A stretch of 64,000 nt of DNA. Origin: an uncultured bacterium. Its GTDB lineage: Bacteria > Verrucomicrobiota > Kiritimatiellia > CAIVKH01. Shown piece after piece: positions 8,256 to 17,037 of the stretch. The position numbers were made by a program, and so were the translations under genes. The notes under the pieces are model-generated. The model did no database searches and was not told where the DNA came from. It saw nothing but the letters and a program-made list of their open reading frames with translations. The first letter of the stretch is position 1; each line of letters begins with the position of its first letter. Location of the stretch: NCBI GenBank assembly GCA_937958885.1, contig CALGMT010000047.1, forward strand, positions 24,931 through 88,930. Direction: 5' to 3'.

Positions 8256-8909
8256 ATGATCATGCCAAAGAATCGAGAAGCGAACAGCGTTGCGACATCA
8301 CGCTTGCAGCCCAATCGCGCAGAATTGAAAGAAGCAGGTTCTCGCACCATTATTTCTGGCGGCCGCTCATCTGTTGACATCAAGTCAGGGACGGTTGAAC
8401 TGGCTTTTACAATGCCGATGGATGTGGGGATGGCCGTCATCGAACAAATTCGCGCGGGGGCAACATCCGAGGAGTCCCCCATCCTGCTGTGGGCCGGTCG
8501 CGACGGTGTATTGTCGATCCAATTGCGGCATCACTCGCCCACATGTGAGCCGACCGCACGTCATCCAGTCAGTACGATCCGTAAACCAGAGCCTGCTCCT
8601 GCGCGCCCGGAAATGGAATGTATCACAATCGGCGATCTGGTGATTAATCCCGGACGCCATGAGGTGCTGTACAAGGGCAAGGCGATTCCCCAGCTCACGT
8701 TCACCGAGTTCGGCATTCTCCACTTTCTGGCCCGACATCCCGGATGGGTGTTCAACCGCGCTCAAATCGTCGCGGGGGTTCGCGGCGAGGAGTATCCGGT
8801 GACCGATCGCGCGGTGGATGTGCAGGTGGCCGGCTTGCGGAAAAAACTCGGCGCGGCATCTGAATGTATCCAGACCGTGCGCGGCGTCGGGTATCGATTC
8901 CGCGACTAG
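8256..8909 (+). CDS. Orphan OmpR/PhoB-family winged-helix regulator with a truncated, degenerate receiver domain
   Basis: C-terminal trans_reg_C pattern LTFTEFGILHFLARHPGWVFNRAQI...VDVQVAGLRKKL...IQTVRGVGYRF. ATG 8256 has AAGGAG 9 nt upstream. The gene is visibly less GC-rich than its neighbours. The track ORF start (GTG 8112) lies in an AT-rich leader. Confidence 0.8.
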   Translation: MIMPKNREANSVATSRLQPNRAELKEAGSRTIISGGRSSVDIKSGTVELAFTMPMDVGMAVIEQIRAGATSEESPILLWAGRDGVLSIQLRHHSPTCEPTARHPVSTIRKPEPAPARPEMECITIGDLVINPGRHEVLYKGKAIPQLTFTEFGILHFLARHPGWVFNRAQIVAGVRGEEYPVTDRAVDVQVAGLRKKLGAASECIQTVRGVGYRFRD

Positions 8910-8917
8910 GGCATAAC

Positions 8918-9149
8918 GGGGTTGTTGCCCAAATCATGGCCACGAAAACACCCCGCCACTCGGGCACCTTGTTGCGGAAAAACCCACCCCGCCCTTCGGG
9001 CACCCCTTCGGTGGAAGGGATGGTTAATGGTCCCCTCCTGGGAGGGGTCCGCGAAGCGGGGTGGTGGGTATTTTGCCCGGACCCAAATCGCTGTTTTCTG
9101 AACGAAATCAAATGATCGTGCATCGATAACCCGTTTGGGCAACAGCCCC
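8918..9149 (+). mobile_element. MITE-like non-autonomous element, copy A (232 bp)
   Basis: TIR GGGGTTGTTGCCCAAA (8918-8933) matches the reverse complement of 9134-9149 (GGGGCTGTTGCCCAAA) at 15/16. It is flanked by a perfect 5-bp direct repeat ATAAC (8913-8917 and 9150-9154). It has no coding capacity and is homologous to 42634-42888. Confidence 0.75.
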
Positions 9150-9185
9150 ATAACGATGTAGCCCCGGGCGACCCCCGGCGCGGAT

Positions 9186-9220
9186 GGGGCGCGATTCCAC
9201 CGAATCGCGCCCCGTTTCGT
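9186..9220 (+). terminator. Rho-independent terminator candidate
   Basis: Perfect 12-bp stem GGGGCGCGATTC / GAATCGCGCCCC with loop CACC, followed by GTTTCGTT. It lies in a gap between convergent genes. Confidence 0.55.
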
Positions 9221-9227
9221 TCCGGGC

Positions 9228-9920
9228 CTATCTGTGCGGAGTCTCGCGCAGCATGCGCCACATACGCCAGAAGCGAAGCGTGTCGCGAACGGGTCGTATT
9301 TTGCTTTGTTCGGCGCGATAGATGGTGCGGATGGGGACCGAGACGATCCGGCAGCCGCGCCGCGCGAGGCGAATCAGGATTTCCGTCTCCATTTCGAAGT
9401 GGTCGGTGCGGCATGAAACGTTGTCCAGCACGGCCGCACGGTAGGCGCGAAAGCCGCATTGGGAATCGGGAATCGTCTGTCCCGCCGCGCGGCTGATCCA
9501 TCGGCTCATGGCGCGGTTGGTCCACCTGCGCAGCAGCGGCATATCGCCGAGATCGCGCATGCGATTGCCGACGAGCGCGTCGCAATCGTCTTGCGCTGCC
9601 GCGGTGACAAATGCCGGAATGTCGGCGGGGTCGTGCTGGCCATCCGCGTCGAGCGTGAGAATCCACGCGCAGCCCGCTTCGCGCGCGCGGGCGAAGCCTG
9701 TGCGCAGCGCCGCGCCCTTGCCGCAATTTCGGGGATGTCGGACCACGTCTGCGCCCGCGCGCCGGGCCGCTTCGCTCGTGTCGTCGGGCGAGCCGTCATC
9801 CACCACGATGACGCGGATGCCGTGCGCGCGGACGCCGGCGACAACCGCGGCTATTTCAGCACTTTCGCGGAATGCAGGAATGACCGCGATCCAATCCGCG
9901 CGCGCGGCGGTTGGGTTCAT
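9228..9920 (-). CDS. Family 2 glycosyltransferase (polyprenol-phosphate sugar transferase-like)
   Basis: GT-A signature AVIPAFRES...VIVVDDGSPDDT...LTLDADGQHDP. ATG 9920 overlaps the upstream stop (ATGA). Confidence 0.85.
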   Translation of the reverse strand: MNPTAARADWIAVIPAFRESAEIAAVVAGVRAHGIRVIVVDDGSPDDTSEAARRAGADVVRHPRNCGKGAALRTGFARAREAGCAWILTLDADGQHDPADIPAFVTAAAQDDCDALVGNRMRDLGDMPLLRRWTNRAMSRWISRAAGQTIPDSQCGFRAYRAAVLDNVSCRTDHFEMETEILIRLARRGCRIVSVPIRTIYRAEQSKIRPVRDTLRFWRMWRMLRETPHR

Positions 9921-10792
9921 GGCGCGGCGCTCCCCTCCGACTTCCAGAAGTCGTGAAAAACGAACCACTGGTGCGGACACGCGGCGATTTCCTGTTGAAG
10001 AATATCGCGGATCCGCGCGTGGGTGGACGCGATGCCGCCATCTTCTGCTGGATCGATGGGTTCATGCACGCGTAACAGATACGTGTCGTCCTCTTGCCGC
10101 AAAAGGAAGAGCGGCACCACCGGCGCGCCCGCGCGATGCGCGAGCCAGGCGGGGCCCCGGGGCAGCCGCACGGTACGTCCAAAGAACGCCGTTTCGAGGT
10201 GTTCATGAGAGAAGTCGCGATCCGCGAGCAGCGCGACGCAGTCGCCTGCTTGCAATCGGCGGAGCAGCGAGCGCGCGGAGCGCCCGACTTGAACAACGCG
10301 CATCCCGCGCCGCTCGCGTTGGCGCCGCAGAAGACGCTCGAGGCGCGGCAGCCGCGCGGGCGCGACCACGGCATGCACTGTGTAGCCGAGCGCGCATAGC
10401 ACCGCGCCGCCCAGTTCCCAGTTGCCGAGATGCGCGGTGACGAGCACAACGCCGCGCCCGCGCCGATACGCTGCTGCAAGGCGTTCGGGACGCTCGATAC
10501 TCACGAGGCGTTCCACGTCCGCCCGATCGAGGTGCGCGAGCCGAAAGAAATCCACCAGATATTTTCCGAAATACTGAAAGGTTTTTCGGGTAAGTCCCGG
10601 CAGCGCGTCGCGTGCGGGATTCACGCCGCGCCATGCCAGCACCTGTCGAAGATTCGACTCGACCGCGCGGCGGGCGGGCGCATCGAAGGCATAGTACGCA
10701 TCGGCGATCCGCAGCCCGACCCAGTAGGCCTGGCGGCGGGGCAGGCCGCGCGCGATCAGGGCCGCGATTCGATAGGCGAGATAACCGGCCAT
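9917..10792 (-). CDS. Lipid A / lysophospholipid acyltransferase (LpxL/HtrB family)
   Basis: 291 aa with the characteristic VTAHLGNWELGG motif, and FFG...LPRGPAWLA. Confidence 0.8.
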   Translation of the reverse strand: MAGYLAYRIAALIARGLPRRQAYWVGLRIADAYYAFDAPARRAVESNLRQVLAWRGVNPARDALPGLTRKTFQYFGKYLVDFFRLAHLDRADVERLVSIERPERLAAAYRRGRGVVLVTAHLGNWELGGAVLCALGYTVHAVVAPARLPRLERLLRRQRERRGMRVVQVGRSARSLLRRLQAGDCVALLADRDFSHEHLETAFFGRTVRLPRGPAWLAHRAGAPVVPLFLLRQEDDTYLLRVHEPIDPAEDGGIASTHARIRDILQQEIAACPHQWFVFHDFWKSEGSAAP

Positions 10793-10805
10793 GCGGCCCC
10801 GCGGA

Positions 10806-11681
10806 TCAGGAGGCGGCGGTCATCGCCTCGCGCGCGGCCAGCAGCAGTTCCTCCGCCTTGTAGGAGGACCGGACCATCGGCCCGGAGGCCACGCCGAGAA
10901 ACCCGATCGCGCGGGCCTCCGCTTCGTAGCGCGCGAAGGACTCCGGCTCGACGTAGCGGTGAACCGGTCGGTGCGCGCGCGTGGGTTGGAGATACTGTCC
11001 GATGGTAAGCAAGCGAACCCCGGCGTCGTAGAGATCGCGGATCGCCTCCAGCAGCTCGTCGTCGGTTTCGCCCAAGCCGACCATCAGCCCGGATTTCACG
11101 GCGGGCGGGTTGGCGCGCCGCGCGGCGGCGCCGAGCACCGCGAGCGAGCGGCCGTAAGAGGCCTGCGGGCGGATCGCCGCCTGGAGGCGTTTGACGGTTT
11201 CCAAATTGTGATTGAAGACATCCGGTCCGGCGTCGAGCACGGTGTTGAGCTGTTCGGGAATACCCTGAAAATCCGGTGTGAGCACTTCGATCGAAGCCTC
11301 GGGCAATTCGCGGCGGATCGCGCGGATGGTTTCGGCGAAAATGCCCGATCCGCCGTCGGGCAGGTCGTCCCGCGCGACGCGGGTGAGGACGACGTGCCGC
11401 AGGGTCATGCGCCGTGCGGCTTCCGCGACACGGCGAGGTTCATCGGTGTCGAGGCGCTTCGGACGTCCCGCAGGAATCGCGCAAAAGCGGCACGCGCGGG
11501 TGCATTCGTTGCCGAGCAACATCAGCGTGGCCGTACCGTGCCCCCAGCACTCGTGGATGTTGGGGCACTTGGCGCTTTTACAGACCGTATGCAGGCCGAG
11601 ATCGCCGACCAATTCATGTACATGACCGAACTCGCTCTCCGCATTCATGCGGAGCCGGATCCAAGGAGGAATGCGTGGCAT
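10806..11681 (-). CDS. lipA: Lipoyl synthase
   Basis: Radical-SAM and auxiliary cluster cysteines CKSAKCPNIHECW and CTRACRFCAI. Start taken at MPRIPPW (ATG 11681); the longer track ORF extension is Arg/Pro-rich and implausible. Confidence 0.9.
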   Translation of the reverse strand: MPRIPPWIRLRMNAESEFGHVHELVGDLGLHTVCKSAKCPNIHECWGHGTATLMLLGNECTRACRFCAIPAGRPKRLDTDEPRRVAEAARRMTLRHVVLTRVARDDLPDGGSGIFAETIRAIRRELPEASIEVLTPDFQGIPEQLNTVLDAGPDVFNHNLETVKRLQAAIRPQASYGRSLAVLGAAARRANPPAVKSGLMVGLGETDDELLEAIRDLYDAGVRLLTIGQYLQPTRAHRPVHRYVEPESFARYEAEARAIGFLGVASGPMVRSSYKAEELLLAAREAMTAAS

Positions 11682-11776
11682 AGATTCGAATGTAGCAGGG
11701 CGCGCAAAAAGTGCAACCGCGCCCCTCGGGCGCATTTGCGCTTTCGCGCGGCCGCGCACGGTTCTACATTCGCGCC

Positions 11777-12280
11777 ATGTCCGAGCCGTCCCTTCACGAT
11801 GAGGATTCGCCGCGCAGCCCATTGTGGGCGCCGCGCGAGGAGCATATGCGAACGGCCATCCGGCAGGCGCAGCGCGCGGCGGACGCGAAAGAGGTGCCGG
11901 TCGGCGCGGCGATTTACAGGGGATCCCGGCTGATCGCGCAGGCACACAATCAGGTGGAGACGCTGAAGGACCCCACCGCGCACGCGGAAATCATTGCGAT
12001 CACGCAAGCGGCCAACGCGCTGGGCGATTGGCGGCTGAACGATTGCGTGCTCTATGTGACGAAGGAACCGTGCCCGATGTGCGCGGGCGCGATTGTCCTG
12101 GCGCGGCTGCCGATGGTGGTGTGGGGCGTGACGGATCCGCAGCGCGGCGGGGCGATTTCGCTCTTTCAGATTTTGCAAAATCCGGCGTTGAACCACCGCA
12201 CTGATTATCGAGCAGGATTCATGGAAGAGCCGTGCCGCGCAATTCTGCAGGGCTTTTTCAAGGAATTGCGGTCGGGTTGA
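11777..12280 (+). CDS. tadA: tRNA adenosine(34) deaminase
   Basis: Motifs HAEIIAI and PCPMCAGAI (CDA zinc ligands). Start at ATG 11777, alternative at 11711. Confidence 0.88.
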   Translation: MSEPSLHDEDSPRSPLWAPREEHMRTAIRQAQRAADAKEVPVGAAIYRGSRLIAQAHNQVETLKDPTAHAEIIAITQAANALGDWRLNDCVLYVTKEPCPMCAGAIVLARLPMVVWGVTDPQRGGAISLFQILQNPALNHRTDYRAGFMEEPCRAILQGFFKELRSG

Positions 12281-13856
12281 GCCGGCAGACAATCGGACCC
12301 GAATCCGCTGCGACAGGACACTCGAACACGCGGCCATAGCGATCGCGCGGTTCGCGCCAAATGACCGCCGCGCGGACATTCCGGGAGGCGAGATACTCGC
12401 GCAGTCCGGCCTCGTCGCGCACACTACCGCCGGAGATCCAGTTGAGGAGAATGGGCTGGAACCGGCCGCCGAGGTCGACGACATCGGGGTACCGCTGGAA
12501 CATCAGCCAACCCGGCTCATCGCTCGCGATCCCGCCCGCGCGCTCCTCGGGCGGCCCCAACCGGGCCGCCAAAGCGGCGCGCGCCTCGTGCGCATCCGCG
12601 CGCGCGACGCGCTGGCGGCGGAGCGCCGAAACCTGATCGCGCATCCCGGCGAGCACCGGCATCGCGCCGATGAGCGCCATCGCGATGAACACGACGGCGG
12701 CGGCGGGCAGTTGCGGCGCCTTGTTTCGAATCAGGTTCGATACCGCATCGACCGCGCGCACGACAAAGTAGCCTGCCGAGAGCATCCACAACGGCTGCAC
12801 CGCGCGCTGAAGATACGGCAGCGCTTCGGCGCCGAGGAACGGATGCAACAGCGCAAACGCGGGCGGAACAAGCGCGCCGATCAGGAGCGTCGTCGCGGAG
12901 ACTCCCACGCGGCCGCGCGCGAGATCCGCGACCAGCCACGCGATTCCGCCGAGAATAAAGAGGTGCAGCAGACCGATGTCCCACCCGCCGCCTCCGAGCA
13001 CTGCAACCGCCGCGCCGCCGAATCCGGACGCGAACGCGCCGCCGATCGACGCGCCGCCGACGGCGTTCAGCGTGGTCGCGGCGTCCGGAATTGCAGGCCA
13101 CGGCACCGAAAGGGTTTTCACGTTCCACCAAATGACCGGACACAAGAGAATCGCGGCGACCACGCCGCCGTTCACCATGCGGATCAGCGCGGTAAATACG
13201 CCCACCGGCACGCGGCGCAACAACGCGAGGATCACGGTATGCAATCCGAGCGCGATCCAGAGCGCCAGCAGCTCGATTCGAAACAACGCGGCGAGACCGA
13301 TCCACCACGCCGCCGACAAGGGGAGCGGTGTTCGATCCGATCCGAGGCCGCGCGCGTGCGCGGCGATGCCGAGGGCGGCGCATGCCGAGGCAGCCGAGGC
13401 GGACCATCCGCCGAACGCATCCTGCGCGACCGGCAACATCACGCCCCACGCGACGCACGCCCACGCGGACCACGCCGCGCGCGGATCAATCGCGCGCACC
13501 AGCGCGATCACGGCGGCCAGCCCGGCCAGCGAGAGAACGAACGCGGCAACCGGCGGCGCGGCGATCCACGGCACACCGGCCTTCGCCGCGAGAACCAACA
13601 CGAGGCGCCACAGCGCATCGCTCTGCGCGGGCAGCCGTTCCGCGCCGGCGCCGAGAAATCCTTGTTCGAGCAGGTTCCGCGCAAGCGCGAGATCGGCATA
13701 CACGCGATCCGACGGAAAAATCAGAACCTGGCTTCGATTCATTCCGAGCGTGGTGCCCCAAGCGAACGCCAGCAGGACCAGCGCGCCGATCAGAAAATGA
13801 AGCGCCGCGCCGCGCGCGCTGAACGGATCTCGCTCGCTATCCGGAATCGACATCAT
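12258..13856 (-). CDS. Polytopic membrane protein, function unknown (possible GT-C-like glycosyltransferase)
   Basis: Many hydrophobic helices with Ala/Gly/Leu-rich composition. ATG 13856 overlaps the stop of the upstream SH3b gene (ATGA). No diagnostic motif recognised. Confidence 0.6.
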   Translation of the reverse strand: MMSIPDSERDPFSARGAALHFLIGALVLLAFAWGTTLGMNRSQVLIFPSDRVYADLALARNLLEQGFLGAGAERLPAQSDALWRLVLVLAAKAGVPWIAAPPVAAFVLSLAGLAAVIALVRAIDPRAAWSAWACVAWGVMLPVAQDAFGGWSASAASACAALGIAAHARGLGSDRTPLPLSAAWWIGLAALFRIELLALWIALGLHTVILALLRRVPVGVFTALIRMVNGGVVAAILLCPVIWWNVKTLSVPWPAIPDAATTLNAVGGASIGGAFASGFGGAAVAVLGGGGWDIGLLHLFILGGIAWLVADLARGRVGVSATTLLIGALVPPAFALLHPFLGAEALPYLQRAVQPLWMLSAGYFVVRAVDAVSNLIRNKAPQLPAAAVVFIAMALIGAMPVLAGMRDQVSALRRQRVARADAHEARAALAARLGPPEERAGGIASDEPGWLMFQRYPDVVDLGGRFQPILLNWISGGSVRDEAGLREYLASRNVRAAVIWREPRDRYGRVFECPVAADSGPIVCRLNPTAIP

Positions 13857-14725
13857 GGCGCGCGCCGCTCGATTCGCTCCAGCAGTACGACCGGCTGCCG
13901 CACACCCTGCACCCAGTATTCGCGGCCATACACCACCAGGCGTTCGTTGAGCAGCGAATTCAATTGCGCGGTGTTCCCGCGCACGTAGCAAACGGTCACC
14001 AACTGGACGCCCTCCCTGCGAACCAGTCGAAAGGCGCTCGGCCGATTGAAAAGGAACGGGGCGGGCTTGAGCTCACCCTCGATCCGCACCGCGCGTCCCT
14101 GCCCCTCCAACGGCACGAGGTGGAGGTCCGGCGGAACGGAAGGAAGGATCGCGCCGGACGGGGCGTCGTCCGCGGCCATCGGATCCAGCGGCGCCGCCGG
14201 TTCCAGCATGGCGGGCGGCGGAGGCGGCACCGGCGCGGACGCCGACGCGGGTTGGGCGGAATCAATCGGCTCGACGAACTCGCGGCTGATCCAGAGCGTC
14301 GCATTGGCCGGGGCAACCTTCACCCATTCGCCGAACTGTCCGCGCACGGCCACCGGCTGGCCGCCGGGAATACTCCCGATAATGCTGAAATTGATGCCGG
14401 GCCCGGCGCGGATGTTGAGGCGGTTCACCGTCACCACGCCATCTTTTATAAACTCGCGAAAGGCCCACACATCGACAGAATCGGGGGGGACGACCTCCAC
14501 CCATTCGGGCAGCATCGACACCACGGCGAGGCGGTCGTCCGTCTGAACCTGTGCGACCACCTCAGCCGTCAGCTCCGGCCGCGCGCGAAGATTGACGCGG
14601 TCCGTCTTTACCCGAACCCAGGATTCCGCGACGGTCGCCTGAACGGCAATCCCGTACGCGCAAAAAACAAGCGCCGCGACTCGGCGCGCTGATTGGCATC
14701 CGCTCATGAAGTCGATATTATGCAT
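13853..14725 (-). CDS. Secreted protein with tandem bacterial SH3-like domains
   Basis: Signal-like N-terminus RRVAALVFCAYGIAVQA. Two SH3b-like units (VNLRARPELTAEVVAQV...WVEV and LNIRAGPGINFSIIGSI...GEWVKV). Pro-rich linker. Alternative start at 14707. Confidence 0.7.
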   Translation of the reverse strand: MHNIDFMSGCQSARRVAALVFCAYGIAVQATVAESWVRVKTDRVNLRARPELTAEVVAQVQTDDRLAVVSMLPEWVEVVPPDSVDVWAFREFIKDGVVTVNRLNIRAGPGINFSIIGSIPGGQPVAVRGQFGEWVKVAPANATLWISREFVEPIDSAQPASASAPVPPPPPAMLEPAAPLDPMAADDAPSGAILPSVPPDLHLVPLEGQGRAVRIEGELKPAPFLFNRPSAFRLVRREGVQLVTVCYVRGNTAQLNSLLNERLVVYGREYWVQGVRQPVVLLERIERRAP

Positions 14726-14761
14726 TTCGCTGATTTACGCGAAGAAGAATCTACCTGCGCC

Positions 14762-16879
14762 ATGCTCGAACACCTCTATCCTCGTTTGCCCTGGAGAGCA
14801 GGCGAAATCCTGCTGCCGGCCTGGCGCGAAGCAGGCGGATTGCAGGTCGCGCCGGCCTGGATGCTCGACGAGCGCGAGGGCGTCCTGCTGCCGATGGGAC
14901 CCGACCCGGCTTGGGCCGTCGCATGGCGTCCGACGCAATTGCTCTGGTCGACGCCGCACGGCGTATGCGAAATTTCCGACGGCGGCGCGGAAGCGGCGGC
15001 GTTTTGCGCGTTCTGCCCGGAGCGGGACGTGCTGTGGGGCGAATCCGATGTCGCGCACCGCCCCACTCTCGAAGCCGAATCGTCGCCGATCGAGAAATCA
15101 ACCGGGCTTCAACTCGTCGAAACCGCCGACTTCGCGGTGCGCCTGTATTCGCGCGAGGAGCGCGGACGCATCCGCTTCGCTGTCATCGTCTGCCGCGATC
15201 AAGCCGACGACGGCGCCTCCACATGGGCGCGTTACGCCGGACGCAGTCCCGCGGCCGCGCTGGCGGAGGCGCATGCGCCCTACCTGCCGTTCGCGCGACG
15301 CCAGGCGACGCTCGAGCCGGACGATTTCCGCCGAATTGAAACCGTTGTCGCGCGGATGATCCGCGAGCTCCGAACGAGCCGAGACGGCAGCCGCCTCTTT
15401 CGCATAGGACTCAGCGACCCGGAGCAGCGCGCCCGCTCCGTTGAGATCGGCGCGCTTGTGCGCGCGTGGTGCGAGGTCCGCCCGGAGGTCGCCTACGCGC
15501 TGCTCCGCACCCTGATGGCGGCGCAAACGCCCGACGGATCGCTGCCGGCCTATTTCGACGAACACGGCGCGCCGTCCGAGGAACCCCTTACCTGTCCGTG
15601 TGTCGCTCACGCCTTTCGCCTTCTGTGGAACCGGCGCGCCGAGCGCGCGTGGTTTGACGAAATCGGGCCGCGTATCCGCCTTTACCTCGATGCGTTGATT
15701 CGACAACTCGACCCCGACCGCGAGGGCCTTCCGCACGTCCCTCGCTCGCACGACGCGTTGACTCCCGACTTGTTGGACCCTGCGATTTTGCCCGCGGATA
15801 TTCCTTCCCTGCTCGCGCGCGAAATCACCGATCTGGAGGACGTTGCGGGCGCTGTTGCCGTGCGGAGTCTCGATCTCGGCGACCTGCCGGCCTATCGCGA
15901 TACGCTCCTCCAACGGCTGCGCAATTTCTGGTGGAGCGAGGAAACGCACACCTTTTCGGATCGCTTCCGGGACGGGCGTCCCGTCATCCGCCTCACGCTT
16001 TCCGCGCTCATGCCCCTGCTGTGCAAGGAACTCACGCACGAAGAATCGACGCACGTGCTGGGCACGATGATGAATCGCGACCTCTTGTTTAGTGCGACGG
16101 GGTTGCGCGCATGGGCCGAGTGGCCGACCGACCCATCGCCCGCGCCCGTGTTGCCCGGCCACCAACTTCTAATCCTCGACGCTCTCGCCGAGCGCAAGGC
16201 CTCGACGGAACATGCGGCGCTGCGCGCGGCGATCCTCTCCGCGATTCCGGAGGGCCGCACACCGGACGAACAGGCGCTCATCATCGCCTTGTTGGCCGTG
16301 CCGGCGGACAACCGCTTCAGCGCGCAAATCCTCTCCCCCGCGCTGATCTGGCTCAATCAGCGAAGGCGCTATGTATTGGCCGCGGTGGCGGGTCTTTTTC
16401 TGATCTTTAATGTCCTGGTCGTGCTCTACATGGCGAGGAAAACCACCCTCACCCCGCAGACCGTTGAGACGACTGTGGGCCTCGCTCGCCGGCTCTACCG
16501 GGAGGGAAATTTTGATGAGGCCGAACGCCTGTTGAGCGTCATCCTCCGCAGCGGGAATCCGCACCCCACCGCGCGCATCGAAATGGGCAATATCTACTTC
16601 CGACAAGGCCGACTGGCGGAAGCCGAAGCCGAGTATCGAAAACAACAAGGCTCGCCGCTCATTCAGGCCCAGGCGCTGCACAACCTGGCAGTAACGCTCT
16701 ACGAACAGGGCCGCGTGGATGAAGCCCGCGAAATTTGGGACAAAATCGCCGCTGATTACAGCGTCACCGCGCCTGCGGCGGGCGCGCGCGCACGAACCGC
16801 ATTGAATCTGCTACCTCCTGCCGGCGAAAAAAAAGAGGGCGCGGCACGCCAAGGAGGTCGGGGTGAGATGCCCCAGTAG
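14762..16879 (+). CDS. Hypothetical protein: alpha/alpha-barrel glycosidase-like region, one TM helix, C-terminal TPR repeats
   Basis: TM helix YVLAAVAGLFLIFNVLVVLYMA. TPR-like RRLYREGNFDEAERLL, GNIYFRQGRLAEAEAEY, AVTLYEQGRVDEAREIW. Start uncertain (14693, 14720 or 14762); 14762 avoids overlapping the divergent gene. Confidence 0.65.
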   Translation: MLEHLYPRLPWRAGEILLPAWREAGGLQVAPAWMLDEREGVLLPMGPDPAWAVAWRPTQLLWSTPHGVCEISDGGAEAAAFCAFCPERDVLWGESDVAHRPTLEAESSPIEKSTGLQLVETADFAVRLYSREERGRIRFAVIVCRDQADDGASTWARYAGRSPAAALAEAHAPYLPFARRQATLEPDDFRRIETVVARMIRELRTSRDGSRLFRIGLSDPEQRARSVEIGALVRAWCEVRPEVAYALLRTLMAAQTPDGSLPAYFDEHGAPSEEPLTCPCVAHAFRLLWNRRAERAWFDEIGPRIRLYLDALIRQLDPDREGLPHVPRSHDALTPDLLDPAILPADIPSLLAREITDLEDVAGAVAVRSLDLGDLPAYRDTLLQRLRNFWWSEETHTFSDRFRDGRPVIRLTLSALMPLLCKELTHEESTHVLGTMMNRDLLFSATGLRAWAEWPTDPSPAPVLPGHQLLILDALAERKASTEHAALRAAILSAIPEGRTPDEQALIIALLAVPADNRFSAQILSPALIWLNQRRRYVLAAVAGLFLIFNVLVVLYMARKTTLTPQTVETTVGLARRLYREGNFDEAERLLSVILRSGNPHPTARIEMGNIYFRQGRLAEAEAEYRKQQGSPLIQAQALHNLAVTLYEQGRVDEAREIWDKIAADYSVTAPAAGARARTALNLLPPAGEKKEGAARQGGRGEMPQ

Positions 16880-17037
16880 ATAAACGTGCCAACGCCCCCA
16901 AGAGATCATACACCGCAATTCGTCGATTTCAAACAACCCGCGCGGATTTACGTCACAAAGGTTATGACACCAGAGGTTCGGAAACGTTGACAAAAACTTT
17001 CAACAATCTAACGTCGTCCGATTCAAGGAGTACCATC

